The position numbers were made by a program, and so were the translations under genes. A model generated the notes under the pieces. The model saw nothing but the letters and a program-made list of their open reading frames with translations. It was not told the DNA's origin and did no database searches. DNA of 64,000 nt from Spizellomyces punctatus DAOM BR117 (lineage: Eukaryota): NCBI GenBank assembly GCA_000182565.2, contig KQ257466.1; one strand, given 5' to 3'. Below, one piece after another: positions 49,543 through 63,332 of the stretch; within the stretch, counting starts at the first letter, position 1; each line of letters begins with the position of its first letter.

Positions 49543-51391
49543 ATGGAGAAAGCACACCTTTATTGAATGACCAAAAGAAAAATGAACCAACGAACGCTTC
49601 GAAAATCTATATGTGAGTGAAAGCAGGTGCCTGATGTTGAATTATCGTGAGAGCCAACGCATTCTGTAGAATTGCCGCCTTTGTAATGGCGATCAATTTT
49701 GGAGCAGCTGTCATCTCAAAGAGCTTTGATCAGGCTGTAATTGCGCTCTTTTGCGGTGAGTGTCCTTGCGATAGATCGAGTGGCTGATAGCGCGTATTGA
49801 CATCTGCTTTATTGTGCAGGAAAATATTACCAGGCGAATGGCAGGTCGCCCGAACCTATCTTAGGGACCGTCGATCAACATGATTGTACCATCCCAGGCG
49901 TCCTTACACCTGCGGCCGAGTTTTCCTCTATGTTGGTCGTATTGTCTACAATTCCAAGTACGGTTATTTACTCCTGGCTCCACAGATGTCACACCCTCCT
50001 CACCGTTTGATATCAGGTATCATAACAATACTTGTAGCTGGCCACTTATCCGACATCTTTGGCCGCAAGCCCGTCACCCTCATATGGCTACTGGGACTAT
50101 TTATCGATGTGACCATGCCTTTTGTGGTCTTGCATTGGAATCTCAATGAATACTGGCTGGCAGTATCAAAGGTGGTATTTGGAATCACGGGTGGGGAAGC
50201 AGCTGGGGTTTCCTTGATGGTGGCGGCTATTGCAGATTTGACTGGGTCAAAGGATAGAGCGAGGTTCCTGGCTGTTATTCAGGGTTTTGGCATGCTGGCT
50301 GTCATGGTTGGTAGTCTGTTGGGAGGCTGGTTGGTCAAGGTAAGATTTACTGCGTCTTGGTTGTATTGCTCGGCGTCGGCTTACATCGGTATCCAGTACA
50401 CATCCAGTTTTGAGCCGACGTTCTTCCTGGGTGTACTATGCAATACTTTCGCCGGCGTCACCTATATCCTCTTTGTTCCCGAAACCCGAAAGCCAGTACG
50501 GCCTTCGGAAACTACTGAAGTATCCGCACTCAGTGTCAGTAAACTGCTCCGTGTCCTCCGACCACTTCCCCACAAGATTATGCTAGCAGCTGTTCTGTCA
50601 ACGGCCATGCGCTCCTCGTTTTTTTTTGTTCTTCCCTTCTACGCGGCGCAAGAATTTGGGTGGAAAACATGGGAGAACACACTTTACTTTGTTGAAATGT
50701 GCCTACTGGCAGCTGTGGCAAATTTATTGGTTTTGCCCAATGTGGAAGGTTGGGCCAGGCAAATGTGGGGCAGCGAGCAGCCGCACAACCCTGAGCGGGA
50801 AGTAGCACCATTACTGGAGGACGGTAGCCGGATAGACGACGAGCTAGTGGTTGAAGACAATCCACAAAGGCAACAAGAGAATGTCTGGAGGAATGCTGCC
50901 ATAGCGTTAAACCAAGTGCGCATTTACGCTTGTGTCGAACTCGTGCACATCATTTTATTTGCCATCTCTAACAAAGCCTGGATAGTTTACACTAGTACGT
51001 ATACACCAGTTTTTGAAAACTGCCCGGGCACTTGCTAACTTTCATCCAGTCCTACCCATAGACGCTGTTGCTTCTCTTGGTCACGTCCATGCCCGAGCGA
51101 TCATTCTTGACCTTGTACCCAGAGAGTCCTACGGCATTGTGAATTCGATATTCAACGCTGTCGCTATTATTGGTGTTACTGGGCTAATCAAGGTAACTAT
51201 CGACATTATGTGACGAACTTTATCTGAGAAATGAAACTAGACTGTCGATATTTGCAATTTTCTAGGCATCCAGCGCAATATATTCTGCAACATCAGAACG
51301 CCTTCCTAATGCAGTGTTTATAGCATTCGCTGGAGTCAGCAGTTTTGCCCTGATGTTAGTCTTTTTGGCGAGGGTTACTAGAAGGGCATGA
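49543..51391 (+). CDS. Major facilitator superfamily transporter, multi-exon
   Basis: MFS motif A GHLSDIFGRK; AAIADLT...RARF; multiple TM segments. Confidence 0.85.
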
Positions 51392-53169
51392 GGTTAGGCA
51401 ATACCCAAGATATGTCCGGAAATTTGTAGATATATGTAGATAATTCGGGTCGTTTCCTATGGTGATGGAACATAGCTTTCCTAATTGTTTTGCCGTGCTT
51501 AATAGTTATGGTTCTCATCTACTATCAACTCCTTTGCTCCTTGGTAGGACCCAGCTGTTTGGACTTGCGCATAGGAAGATGCAGGAAGACACCCTTGTTC
51601 AAGACCGGATTACATAAGCATCTTACGTGACTGACGGTGGCAGACCCCGCTGGTAAGATCTGCCCTTTCATTTTCTGCACCAAGATCAACCCGCGGGTGC
51701 AATCCACAACACCCCCATCTGCATCTGCTACTTGCAATGCCACCTAAATCTCACAACCAGCCACAACTGCCCCCAAAGGCTCCATCTAATCTTTCTCTTT
51801 CCTATCGCTCATCGTCTTCACATTTGTCTGGACAAGGAAGAAATGCGGTCAAGAATGGGTCCAGAATGGGATTGGGGCGGGTGAATGCAGGAGGTGGAAA
51901 GAGGACAAGAGGAACTGCTAATGGAGAGAGGGAGAAAGATGTTATCGGGTTGATAAATGATAAAAATTGGTAAGTGTGGGGAGAACCCAACTGAGACTGG
52001 GAATGCAAGTAGTCTGGATTAGGCTCTTGGGCCTTATACAACGCAGCTCGTACATATAGTTGGACTTTTGGGTGAACCTAGATGATTGAGAATGATAACT
52101 GCGGTGGTGATTCTTTGTACGCATCTGACGACATTGACCTCTTAGGAAAGATCGACTAGATAAGGAACTGAAATCCCAGAGAGAGTGGAGTGAAAGATGG
52201 GGTTGTTTGGTTGATCCTTTGTTGTACTCGAGTAATCCCCTTCAAGAATCTTGGAAGCCACAAGCAGTAAGACACCATGATTTGTCCCAAGACAATTTCT
52301 GCTGGGCACTGAATCTTTTGATCCTCCAAGCGTCCACATAACAGCCCTTTCAGCATTCTCAACCCCCCAGGAAATAATGTCCTTCCAAATTCACCACCAC
52401 CGACGCCGCCAGACTACATTCCGGCAACATATAAAGTCACGGGCGACAGAAGCAACTACCTCTCCGGATCACCGAATCTCCGTGCTCGCCCTACCCCAAA
52501 CCTTCTCTTTGACACTACGTCAAGACCACCACCAGCTGCTTATACTGCTCCATTTGCAACAGCAACACGAGTTTCAAAATCGTCACTGCCGAAACAAAAT
52601 CGCGGAACACTTCCGATTCGTCATAAGCATCAGTCAAGAGCCGACCCGCAAGCTGTTTATAAATATCCACCCACTACGAATACAGAATATGGATGGGCAT
52701 GGGGTGGAATGAGGACCTTGGAGATATATGGGAGTACGAACGCTAATTTTGTAAAGGAAGGCTGGAAGAGATTAGCAGCCAAGGGCAGCATGTAGTCCCA
52801 TCATGCTCTGCTTAGAACCTTTTGTCATCTTGAACGATGCATCCGACTTTTTCGTAACTGAAATACTATTATTTAACATAACTTTCGACTGCTGGCCAGT
52901 ATTACTTAATCACATCCTAAATAGGCTAAATGGAACTGCGCCTTCCATTACTCCTAAACAAAAAATCAAAGCAATACGCAGGAACTGATTTGAAGTTTTG
53001 TACAGGCCAGTAGGTGGGGAAGAAACGCATCTGACTTTACGACTGCGAGAACTGCTTGCTTCTTTACCTACCACCGTGGCGTTTGATACATAAAGCTGCG
53101 GTTTCATTACTGGAGATCTTTACCCCATCAACGATAGATTTGTTATTTTAACCTCTCACGAACGCAAGC

Positions 53170-56100
53170 ATGGCGAAGAAGAAGGGCGGAAAGAACAATA
53201 AACAGCCGGTTAAGACGTAGGTAGCCTTCTTGTAACGACTGCCACGATGTACTGTATTGATATTGGGGTCGCAGGGTCACCCCGCAAGATTCTGACTCTG
53301 AAGTTGAAATTGCTTTTGGTGCCGCCGAACCTGAAGCTGTCGCCAGCCCAGAGGAGACGTTCAACGTTGATGAAGAAGGGAACGATCTTGGTGGGCTCAT
53401 GGCCACTTTAATGGCGAATAAAGGAAAAAAGGGGAAGAAAAGCAAGAAGAATCGGTTTGAGGACGAGGAAGACGCCGCTGCCATTCTTGCACAGCTGGAT
53501 CAGGAGGATGCGGCACAACAGGAAGAGCCAGCCAACAGTGTCAGCAAGCCCAATAAGAAAGCTGGAAAGAAGGGAAAGAAAGGGAAGGGCGACGACTTTG
53601 ATGCGGAGATGGCCAAACTCGCAAGCGAGATTGATGGTGGCGGTAGTGTAGATGCGGAAGAAAAACCAGAAGGTCCGGTTGCTCCCGTTAAGGGAAAGAA
53701 GGGTAAATCTGGCAAAGAAGCGGCACGGGATGATTTCGACGCGGAGATGGACCAAATAGCCGCAGAAACGGAGCAGACCGAAACGTCACCTGTAGCCAAA
53801 CCCAAGGGCAAAGCACCCAAAGCTCAAGACGCCGAAGAGGAGGAAACAGGAGAAATTCGGATAAAATCGAAAAAGGAGAAGGAGCGAGAGCGAAAAGAAC
53901 GTCTGAAGTTGGCGAAAAAGCAGCAACAACCGAAGGGAGCTGGCAAGGTGTCACCATCGCCTGTAGCTACACCGGAGCCTGAACCGGAGCCGATTGAAGA
54001 TGAGAAACCCGATAAGAAAAAGAAGGGTGCAGCAAAGAAGAAGGGGCCAAGTGTGCTGGCTGCACTAAGAGAGCAACTTGCTGCACAGAAAGCTGCCGAG
54101 GAAGAGCTAAAACGACAACAGGAGGAGGAGGAGCGAAGATTAGCCGAAGAGCAACAGAGAATAGAGGAAGAGGAGAAACGGAAGGAGGAGGCCAAACAGC
54201 GAAAGAAGGAGAAAGAGAGGGTACGTGTTGAGCACAAATATCAATCAGCCTTGGGCAATTCCGTCTGAGTTACTTGTTTCTGCTTCTTAGTTAAAAAAAG
54301 AAGAACTCAAAAAACAAGGAAAGTATTTGACACCGGCTCAGAAGGCGGCGCAAGCTCAGCAAAAGGCGCGCCTTGAAGCTATGATTGCAGCCGGGATGAA
54401 GGTGGAGGCTTTGGACACGGAAAATGTGGAAGCCGATAAGAAGCCGAAACGCGTTGTATATACAAACCGTAAGAAGAAGCAGCCTACCAAGGCCGAGCAA
54501 CCTGTGAAGGTCGAAGCTCCCAAACCAGAAGAACCAGAAAAGGAAAACAAAAAGGAAGAGGGAAAACGTGAACAGCAGCGTATCGAGAAAAAGGCTGAAG
54601 AGGATGCTGCCGCGGTTGCCGCTGCTGAGGAGGCAGCGCGTGTTCTGGCTGTGATGCAGAGCACAATGAAGGAGGGTATAAAGGAGAGCTGGGACGATGA
54701 GAGCGACGGTGACGTGAAGGATTCCTGGGATCAAAGTTCCGACGAGGAGACTGTAAAAGACAGCTGGGATCAGGAAAGCGATGAGGAAGACAAAAAGGTG
54801 GCGGCCAAACCTGCAAAGGCGCCGGTTACTAAAACTAGTGAAGTGGTCAAGAAAGTGGTTGAGGTGAAGAAACCTGCAAATGGAAAGGCACCTGTCGCCG
54901 CGAAGAATGCAAAGGTTCAAGAGAAGAAGGTAGACGATGACTCAGATGAATCGGAAGAAGAATCAGAAGAGGAATCGTCTGAGGAAGAAAGCAGCGAAGA
55001 CGAATCGTCTGACGAAGATGATTCCGACGAAGAGTTGACCGCAACTCAGAAGCAGGCTTTGAAGAGGAAAGAGGAAGCGGCTGCTCGCCGACAAGCACGA
55101 CACGAGCAGGCATTGGCCGAGCGATCAGCAGAAAATCTTCGATCACCTATTTGTTGTATTTTGGGTCACGTCGACACAGGAAAGACCAAGCTTCTTGACA
55201 AGATCCGACAAACAAATGTGCAAGAGGGAGAAGCAGGTGGTATCACACAACAAATAGGTGCCACATATTTCCCTATGGATGCCATCAAGGAAAAAACCGC
55301 CCTCCTTCACAAAGACCAGCAGCCCGACTACAAACTCCCCGGTCTCCTTATCATTGATACCCCAGGTCACGAATCCTTTACCAACCTCCGATCGCGTGGG
55401 TCTTCCCTCTGTAACATTGCTATCCTCGTCGTTGACATTGTTCACGGTCTGGAACCTCAAACGCTTGAATCCCTTGGTCTTCTTCGGCAACGTAAAACAC
55501 CTTTCATTGTCGCACTTAATAAGATTGATCGTATGTATGATTGGAAGGCGATGCCGAACCATCCTACGCGGGACACACTGGCACAACAGAAGCCACATGT
55601 GCTGAAGGAGTTCCAGGAGCGGGTGAACAAGGTTATTGTTGAGTTTGCCGAGCAGGGACTGAACGCATGCCTATACTGGGAAAACCCAAACTATGCAAAG
55701 AACGTCTCGCTTGTCCCGACATCTGCCATCACAGGCGAAGGTATTCCAGATCTGTTGCATCTACTGGTTGATTTGACACAGACGCGTATGACGGAACGGT
55801 TAATGTACCTGTCCGAGTTGGAATGTACGGTTTTGGAAGTCAAGGTTATTGAAGGACTGGGTACAACAATTGATGTTGTCTTGTCGAATGGTGTCTTGAA
55901 TGAAGGTGATCGGATAGTGGTCTGTGGTCTAAATGGACCCATTGTAACCACTATCAGAGCCCTATTGACACCACAACCGATGAGAGAGCTACGCGTCAAG
56001 TCAGCGTATGTGCACCACAAGAGCGTCAAGGCGTCTCTAGGTATCAAAATTTCAGCTCCGGATTTGGAAAAGGCCATTGCTGGGTCACGACTAATGGTTC

Positions 56101-57068
56101 TTGGACCCGATGATGATGAGGATGACATCAAGGAAGTTGTTATGGAAGACTTGACATCTCTTCTCTCTTCCATCGACAAGTCCGGAAAAGGAGTCTGTGT
56201 TCAAGCATCCACCCTCGGTTCCCTTGAAGCACTTCTCACATTCCTCAAATCCTGCAACATCCCCGTCTCTGGCATCAACATTGGCCCTGTGCATAAAAAA
56301 GACATCATTCGTGCTTCCGTCATGTTGGAGCGGGCCCCCGAATATGCTCAATTGTTGGCATTCGATGTACCCATCGACAAGGACGCTGAGCAAATGGCAG
56401 AAGAAATGGGGGTGAAGATCTTCACTGCCGAGATTATCTACCATCTCTTTGACCAGTTTACAGCCTACATGAAGAATATGGAGGAGAAGAAGCGGGCAGA
56501 TGCGGCTCCCAAGGCTGTGTTCCCTTGCGCGTTGAGAATTGTACCTGGAGCGGTGTTTAACAAGAGAAATCCAATTGTTTTGGGTGTGGATGTGATTGAT
56601 GGCAATCTGAAAATCGGGACTCCATTATGTGTCGTAAATGAAGAGGTAGCGACGCAAGCCATTCAAACAGCATGCTTTAAACGAATGACTCATCATAGTG
56701 CACTTCTTTTTGTAGACAAAGGGCGTAATCAGTCTTGGTCGGGTGACGAGTATTGAGCTCAACCATAAGGTACAGCAGGAGGCCAAGAAAGGTGGCCCCT
56801 CTGTTGCCATAAAGATTGAATCACCAGAATACGAAACACCAAAACTGTTTGGAAGACATTTCACAGAGCGGAATGAAATTTATTCGCATGTATGCATTGT
56901 GGTCGAGATTTTGGATGACAAGGCATAACTGGGTATACTGACTTTATCCATCTCCAATAGATTACACGAGCTTCCATTGATATTCTAAAGACAACATTCC
57001 GGAACGATTTGAGTAAAGATGACTGGCAGTTGGTAATCCGGTTGAAAAAGGCGCTCAAAATTGACTAA
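53170..57068 (+). CDS. FUN12: Eukaryotic translation initiation factor 5B, multi-exon
   Basis: Lys/Glu-rich N-terminus; [48 protein letters not shown]-terminal SREDWQLV-like helix. Confidence 0.97.
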
Positions 57069-57264
57069 ATGGTCACTTTTTGGTGCGATTGGGAAACGTT
57101 CATCCCATGTATAGGAGTGTGTGTTCTGGGGACAGGGGTGGGAAAGTATGAAGCATTATTATTTGAGGTTTTTTGAATATAGACTCGCATCAGGTCATTT
57201 TTAACAGCTATATAGACTTGGTTGATAAAAGGTTTTTGTCTTTTGTTCTGGTCTACCATGTATC

Positions 57265-58666
57265 TTACACAATATCCTCATCGCGCACGCAGATCTGCCC
57301 CTCACTTTCACTCTCTATCTGGAATGTCCATTCCTTTATCCCTGCCTCCTGAACAATTCTCCCTGCTTCTTTTAGGACCAAATCCCGGGTTTCCGCGTCC
57401 GTTTTGTCGTAGACGACAATGTGAGCGGTGCATATTGGGTACTCTGTTGTTAGACACCATATGCGGGTGGCGTGTATGGATTTTATGTGTGGGAGATTGT
57501 GGAGAGATTCTGGGAGGACTGGGGAGACATGGGCTGGAGTTGCTATCGTCAAGAGAGGGGATGAGTCCTCTTGCAATTTCATCAAGGGATACGACATGCG
57601 GTACGTACCTTCCATGAAAACAAGAACAATGTCGCGGATGATTCGGAATGTCGTGAAAAGGACGACAAAAGAGAAGAGAAATGTACAAATTGGGTCAAGG
57701 ATTTGCCAACTTGGTTTCCTGCCATGGGGATCAAAACGTTTTGAAAGTCAATACCATTTTTCTCGTATCTTGCGTTCGGTCAAATGGTGCAATCACAACT
57801 TACAGTATGATCGCTATCGAGGATAACACCACACCAATGGAGCAGACCAAATCGCCCATGGCGTGGAGAATCGCAGCGCGGAGGTTAATGTTTGGCGAGT
57901 CGGTTTTGGATTCCTTTGAGTGATGGTGGTGGTGATCATCGAGCCCAAACACGTTAATCAATCTAGGCAGAACACAAAGATATTAGTTATGTTGCCCGAT
58001 ATAAAGAGATGGACATGGTGTTCATACATGATGTTGACGACGAGACCAGCGATCGCCAATGGAAGCATCATGGTTGCATTGATGGGTTCGGGGTCCCCGA
58101 GAACTCTTTCGGTTGCTTCTTTTAGGAGGGCGAGTACCAGCGCCCATATGAGGAGAACAGATATCTATAAGACGGGGACAAGTTTGTAAGTTGTTTTTTT
58201 TCCAAAATTTCTCAATCCAAGAAACCAAACGCACCAAAGCACCCAAAACCTCTGCTCTCTTGAACCCAAATGTAAATCGTCCCCCCGCTCTCTTTCTTGC
58301 AATCCACAAGGCAACAAATGACACTGTATACGCCGCTGCATCAGTCAAGAGATGGAACGAGTCGGCAACGAGTGCGAGGGAGTTGGAATAGAGTCCACCA
58401 GCCAGTTCAATGAGGAAAAAGGTGAAGCAGATGGTGATTCCCAATGCGAGGCGCTTCTGGGCTCTGGTGGATGAGGGTGATATTGGGGAAGAGGTAGTTG
58501 TGATCGGTCTTGATGATGGAGAGGTGGAGTGAGGTATGAGGGGGATGGCATCGGGCGTATGTTGGAATTTGGTGGATTCAATGTCCATAGGGATCATGGT
58601 GAGTGAGTCGTTGAGGTCAAAGGAGGTGCTCTCGCTACTGTTGTGGTGATGTGTATTGGGTGGCAT
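57265..58666 (-). CDS. Cation diffusion facilitator zinc transporter (ZnT/SLC30A-like), multi-exon
   Basis: SNSLALVADSFHLLTD, TFGFKRAEVLGA, His-rich loop, NINLRAAILHAMGD, MEGT, CTAHIV. Confidence 0.92.
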
Positions 58667-59120
58667 TATTCGTTATTCTCGACAAGCCAGGAATCCGTTT
58701 GGATGGCTGTATAAATCGGAACAGCTTTGACAGAATGAATCCCTTACATATGTCCAGCTTGCCTTCAACAACCACCATCAAAAATACGGTCAAAAGACTC
58801 GTCTGCCACGTTTTGATGGACAGCAAAAAACTGGTATACTTTTTTGCAGACAGTTTTTTTTCCTTTCGTTAATCCCTCCCCCACAAGCAACAGCCATACG
58901 CATACGACGATCGGTGCACGAGCGGGTGGAATTGACCTTCACTTTTAACAAACCGCAAATTCCATTTTCTTAAGTCTTTTTTTTTTTTTTTAATCTTTTT
59001 CTTGGACATTTTACCCAAAAATAAATAATTACAAGAGTGTGTTGCGCAAGTTGAACAACGTGTGGACGTGTTTGGACTTGAAGAGATTTTTTCAACAGCA
59101 CGTTGAGAAGCACACTCTAG

Positions 59121-59359
59121 CACACACACACACACACACACCTACTAGTAGTGTGGAAAAGCTTGTAGATTGCTCATCTCCAGCTTTTGATGCAACATGT
59201 GAGGCAATCGACATGAGGATGATGATGCGGTTAAACTCACTTGTTTCTTTTTTGCGCATGGCAGTTCCTTGCCAATGAACAAGATGGCCAAAATACACCG
59301 AACCCAAATCTCCACCTTGTGTGTGTGTGTGTGTGTGTGCGTGTGTGTGTGCGTGTGTG
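59121..59359. repeat. (CA)10 at 59121-59140 and imperfect (TG)~21 at 59318-59359
   Basis: Read directly from the sequence. Confidence 0.9.
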
Positions 59360-59757
59360 ATCACACTCCCCCGATCAAGTCACACTATTCGCTCCGTTGA
59401 TCCACAATAACCATACAAGTAAAGGATAGCGTCCTGCGGCGGGTTTCCGCAGCTCTCGTCCATGTTTAAAGTTGCCCTGCACCTGGACGCAGCCGAACGA
59501 TGGCAGGGTAGTATTATCTTGTGCTATACAAATGAGAGATGGCGAGGTGGTGAAATGTCCTTGCAGTTTCGGTCCGACGACTTCAATTCTGCAGCAAATG
59601 ATGCATGATGGATCAACACCTGGACACCCCCGCAGCCCAGGAGGCTTGATGCCGATAGCGTTTTCATGACACGACACTTGAAATCTTCGAGACGACACAT
59701 CTCAGTTACCTTTGTTCTTTTGTTACTATTTACCTCCTGCAACTATTTTTAAGTGAC

Positions 59758-60610
59758 ATGGCGCAAGCAACTCCACGCGCATCTGAGCCTTCAACGGCTG
59801 CATCGCTTTCTGGAGATGCGGTTGCACAGCGGAATCTGGACACCACAACGCCTTTGAAACACCAATTGGCAGATCTTTACAAGCTTGTGGATAGCATCAA
59901 GGTTGTCTTTCCTCTGTTTTAATTACTGTCAACGTTATTAGAAAAGTCCAGCGCATTCCTATAGGTTTGCATGATGACGACTCGTCGTCCTGACGGCCAT
60001 CTAGTGAGCAGACCTATGGCAGTCCGGAAAAGGATCGGAACAGACATGTGGTGTGTTGTAAACTGCAGAGACCAATGCTGTGGGCTTCAATGATGAGCAG
60101 AGAACGTGTGAATTGAAAAGTGGCCATCCCGATTTGACAGGTTTATTACCAATAACGAGTCCCACAAACTCGAAGAACTCAGGTTTGACCCACACGTCAA
60201 CCTCTCGTTTTACAAGGAGGGAACGGGTGAGTGGGTCTCCATATCTGGAACTGCGGAAGTGAAACAAGATCGGTCATTGGTGGACGCATTGTGGGGCCCT
60301 GATATGAAGGTTTGTTTTCTTGTCAACGGTGTTTTTTGAATGCACATCAAGACCTGACGGAAACGAATAGGCCTGGTTCAATGATCTTGGCGATGGCATC
60401 CATACTGGAGGACCAGACGATCCTCGAGTGACTGTTGCACAGGTTAAAGCTTTCTCAGCGTACTACTACGTTCAAGATAGGTCCAAGCCAGCTGTCCTGT
60501 ATGAATTAGCAAAGTCGACTTTGACGGGTGAGGCTCCCGAGCTTGGCAAGGTACGCTTGATTGATGAGGAAAAGGTGGAGGTTGCAAGGAAGCTAGAGTC
60601 GAGTACATAG
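59758..60610 (+). CDS. Bli-3/general stress protein 26-like FMN-binding split-barrel protein, paralog A (4 exons)
   Basis: CMMTTRRPDGHLVSRPMA, FVTNNESHKLEELRFDPHVNLSFY, WVSISGTA, AWFNDLGDGIHTGGPDDPRV. Confidence 0.88.
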
Positions 60611-60820
60611 GGTGGCATTCTACCGTGTGCGATCTTCCCCAGCAAGGTTATATGGAGAGGGTTTGGATAGCACTTGCAGTTCATCATTCGCTCGGCTGTA
60701 AACCGATCTGGTCATCCATATCATGTTCGTTGGAACATGTTCGTAGTAACTTTTGGTCAAAGATACCAGAAAATCGTCTCTTTTAAACAGGATCCTACAC
60801 ATAATATTTACAAAATGCCC

Positions 60821-61741
60821 CTATTCTTCAAGCTTTCTCGCTGCCCCTAATGCTGCAGCGTCAAGCTCCCGCGTCGGTCCAATATGCGGACGCTCTCCCG
60901 TATACGACCCCTTAATGATATCAAACAGAGCCCTGGGCGCAGACTTTTCCTGAATTTGATAATGCGCTGATTCTGCTTCCACAAAAATCAAACTAATACG
61001 AGGGTCCTCGGGGCCACCCGTGTGAACACCATCCTGTAAATCACCAAACCAGGCTCGCAGATCATCCGACCAGAGTTCTTTGATCTTGTTGCGGTCGTTT
61101 ACTATCCGAGCACGGCCAGAGACGGAGACCCAGTTGGAGGTGCTGGGCCTGTAATAGGCGATATTGACGTGTGGGTCAAAGTTGAGGTCATCGAGTTTGT
61201 GGGATTGGTTGTCTGTCACGAACCTGTAAACGGATGGGTTAGAAAGGTGCATGGCATAGGCAAGCTAAATCGGTGTGCTTTGCATGGGCAATGCAGTTCA
61301 ACGCATGTCTCGAGGCCCAATAACCACCCTTTTAGCCCTGAGCGACACTGACTCTTGATTTAGATGTCATTTTTTTGGAAACGTACCATAGATCAACTCC
61401 ATGGACTCGCTTCCTCGTCTGCATCGCGCGACTGACAAGCGACCCATTCGGTGCCCGCGTAGTCATCATTGCCGTCTATTCAAGAGTCGCTCCATTAGAA
61501 ACCTTATTGATATTGATGTGTCAGTTGCACTTTGTGCATTTACCTCGATTCCATCGATCAGTTTGTATAAATCTTCAATCTGCTTCTTAACCGTCGTCCC
61601 GCTGTCCAAAGATTTGGTCTTTGTTGTAGCATCCCCACCGCCAATATGCACGTCGCTGTGTGGAGTGGGAGCATCGCTCTTTGGGTAGGGGTTTCCGGCT
61701 TTGACGGCAGGATCAGTAGGAAGGTGAATGGACGTAGACAT
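60821..61741 (-). CDS. Bli-3/general stress protein 26-like FMN-binding split-barrel protein, paralog B (3 exons)
   Basis: AMMTTRAPNGSLVSRAMQ, FVTDNQSHKLDDLNFDPHVNIAYY, WVSVSGRA, AWFGDLQDGVHTGGPEDPRI. Confidence 0.9.
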
Positions 61742-63332
61742 GGTTTGAGAGTGTATTCTTTGATATGGTGTTGATATGTCTTTTTTCAAAACACAGATTG
61801 TTATTCCAAGGCAAGACTGCTGGCAGATAGCGTCCTTTTATACAAGTCTTGGAGGTTTTGGGGGGTGACGTCAAAAAGAAGGAAACCTAATGGATCATGA
61901 GGTCATAACTCTATATTTGAAGGCTGGTTGGGGGGAAAAGTGTTAGTGCGGATTTCAACTTACAACCCGCCTTTGGGCATTCTTAAAAGGATTTTCTTTC
62001 ATCTTTATTTTATTTTTGTTTTGCCATGGCATATCATTTCACCAGAAATGAAATCTCAACACTCAAAGAGTGGTGCAGTTTTCGGATATCCTTAGCTCTC
62101 ACGAAAAGGTACAGTAGTGTGCGTGCAAGTGATGCGACACGCCATTACGACATCATCCCAAGGAGGCTTGGCCCTTTGGGGACGATCGTCCCGCTCCAGC
62201 CTTTGAATTCCGCCAACATCCACAAAGACAAAACACAGCACTTTCCGCTAAAAGAGTGAAATACCCCAAATGTCAAAGGAAGTTGACACAACTCCCACGG
62301 GAGCTCAAGTCCTGTCTGCAACGGAAGAGCAAGTCGCAGCGGAATGTCCCGCATTGACAAAGACCTCTGATGGCAAGGTTCTACAAACACCGCTCACTTG
62401 AATGCTCGAATGCAATTATCACCTAACAAAGCAAACCTCCCCAAAAGGCAATCGTACCCACAGAACTGAAATCAACAGCGTCTGAAATTGCACACCTGGT
62501 TTCAATGTCGCGGGACTCATCTTTGAGTTCTTTTGAGCGCGGACAAGCTGCACAGAAAGCGAGTGACAAGCATGCGGCAATTGGGGTTGGCGTACGGCTT
62601 CCTATTGATCAGACCTTAATGGATGGGACGGAGGGACTGGGGAGTGCGATGAGGATCGTGTTGTGAGTCCATCCGAAATCAAGCTATGTGGCCAGATATC
62701 AAGTTTGGACAGAATATGTTATAGCGGTCCTGGTGGCATTACGCTGGATCGAAATGACACAGAGCAAACATTCTGGCTTTTAATGATAGGGTGGAGTTGG
62801 AGGCACATTTTGACAATGCCATCAAAGCGGCTTTTAACACCATATCTCTCAACAACAACACCCGCTGAAAAGCATCCGAGGATCACGGCAACAGCATTCT
62901 ACTCTATCTCTTTAAAATAGTCTACAAAACATCCTTTTGGGTCTCGGTGGGGCATAGCGTCAACCAGCTGGGGTCATGGTCCTGGGCACATGCAACTTGT
63001 GTTCGGTCTGACTATACGTGAATTTCAAGTACAAACACTCTAGTCCATGTATGGCATTGGTGCTATCATCCGAAAAAAAGAAAACTGCCCACCACTGTAC
63101 TGCATAGTCTCATCATCTACTGCCGTCATAGCACCAATGTAAAGTTGACTGGGGCGATTGAACTGGAGCCTTTTGAACACTTGCAATTTGGGTGGTGACA
63201 TCAGCTGTGGCACAGCCATACAACAGCTGGATGGACAGACAACCTTTCAGCTTGCTCGATTCTTCATTCTCCATTCACCCCTCATTCCAACGTCCAATAT
63301 TCCTTCCATCGTAGATCCTTATTGATTGATTG

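Noticed and set aside
51525-52800. Possible spliced minus-strand gene between the MFS gene and eIF5B
   Set aside because: I could not build a consistent exon chain or recognise a domain; left unannotated.
53399-55140. Repeated units (DDFDAEM, KDSWDQ) and long antisense ORFs
   Set aside because: Low-complexity N-terminus of eIF5B; the antisense frames are shadows, and this is not a CRISPR-like array.
59121-59359. (CA)n and (TG)n tracts as inverted ends of a MITE
   Set aside because: Simple microsatellites with no unique TIR sequence or target duplication.
61944-61952. TAGTGCGGA, matching the first 9 nt of the left TIR (possible ghost copy)
   Set aside because: The match stops at 9 nt, there is no CATA context and I saw no partner right end; likely chance.
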